Assembly (NCBI GenBank): GCA_010909165.1
Contig: MU008167.1
Span: 1,178,001-1,242,000, forward strand
DNA: 64,000 nt
Source: Anthoceros angustus
Taxonomy: Eukaryota; Plantae; Anthocerotophyta
Direction: 5' to 3'
Shown piece after piece: positions 63,891 to 64,000 of this stretch; position 1 is the first letter of the stretch, and each line of letters starts with the position of its first letter. A program made the translations under genes and the position numbers. Below the pieces are notes generated by a model. That model did no database searches, had not been told where the DNA came from, and was given only the letters and a program-made list of their open reading frames with translations.

Positions 63891-64000
63891 TGTATTGTTC
63901 CCTGTATGTACATTGGCTGGACCGCTGAATCGATGTGCACCAACATCCGGAACTCGTGATTTTCTCGGTTCATCCCGTGATGCCCACTGGGTGTTAGACG

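Overview
This is eukaryotic land-plant DNA with short GT-AG introns, plant receptor kinases, PLS-type PPR remnants and LTR retrotransposons. A compact non-seed-plant genome such as the lycophyte Selaginella is my inference, not something the sequence proves. The window is a rearranged, repeat-rich, defence-like locus. Its centrepiece is an intact 7-exon receptor-like kinase (8309-10794, 631 aa by my splice model). The ectodomain is not a standard plant RLK domain; by motif it is a 3D/MltA-like double-psi-beta-barrel fold. An intact secreted stand-alone version of that domain lies at 58206-58859 (-). The pair 'RLK then secreted gene' appears twice with reciprocal loss. The secreted protein keeps the Asp matching the MltA catalytic residue (HIDFFV), while the receptor has Thr (HVTFFV). 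Also present: a SPRY-domain gene, a single-domain Gnk2/DUF26 gene and a RING-H2 ORF. Mobile DNA includes a Ty1/copia element with TA..CA ends and a 2.55-kb internal duplication, a chromoviral Ty3/gypsy element with an AATGG target-site duplication, a CACTA-like end and a 3.3-kb foldback structure. There are several satellites and scrambled kinase pseudogenes. Some duplicated blocks are rich in small deletions, so assembly error cannot be excluded. All family assignments come from motif reading, not from database searches.
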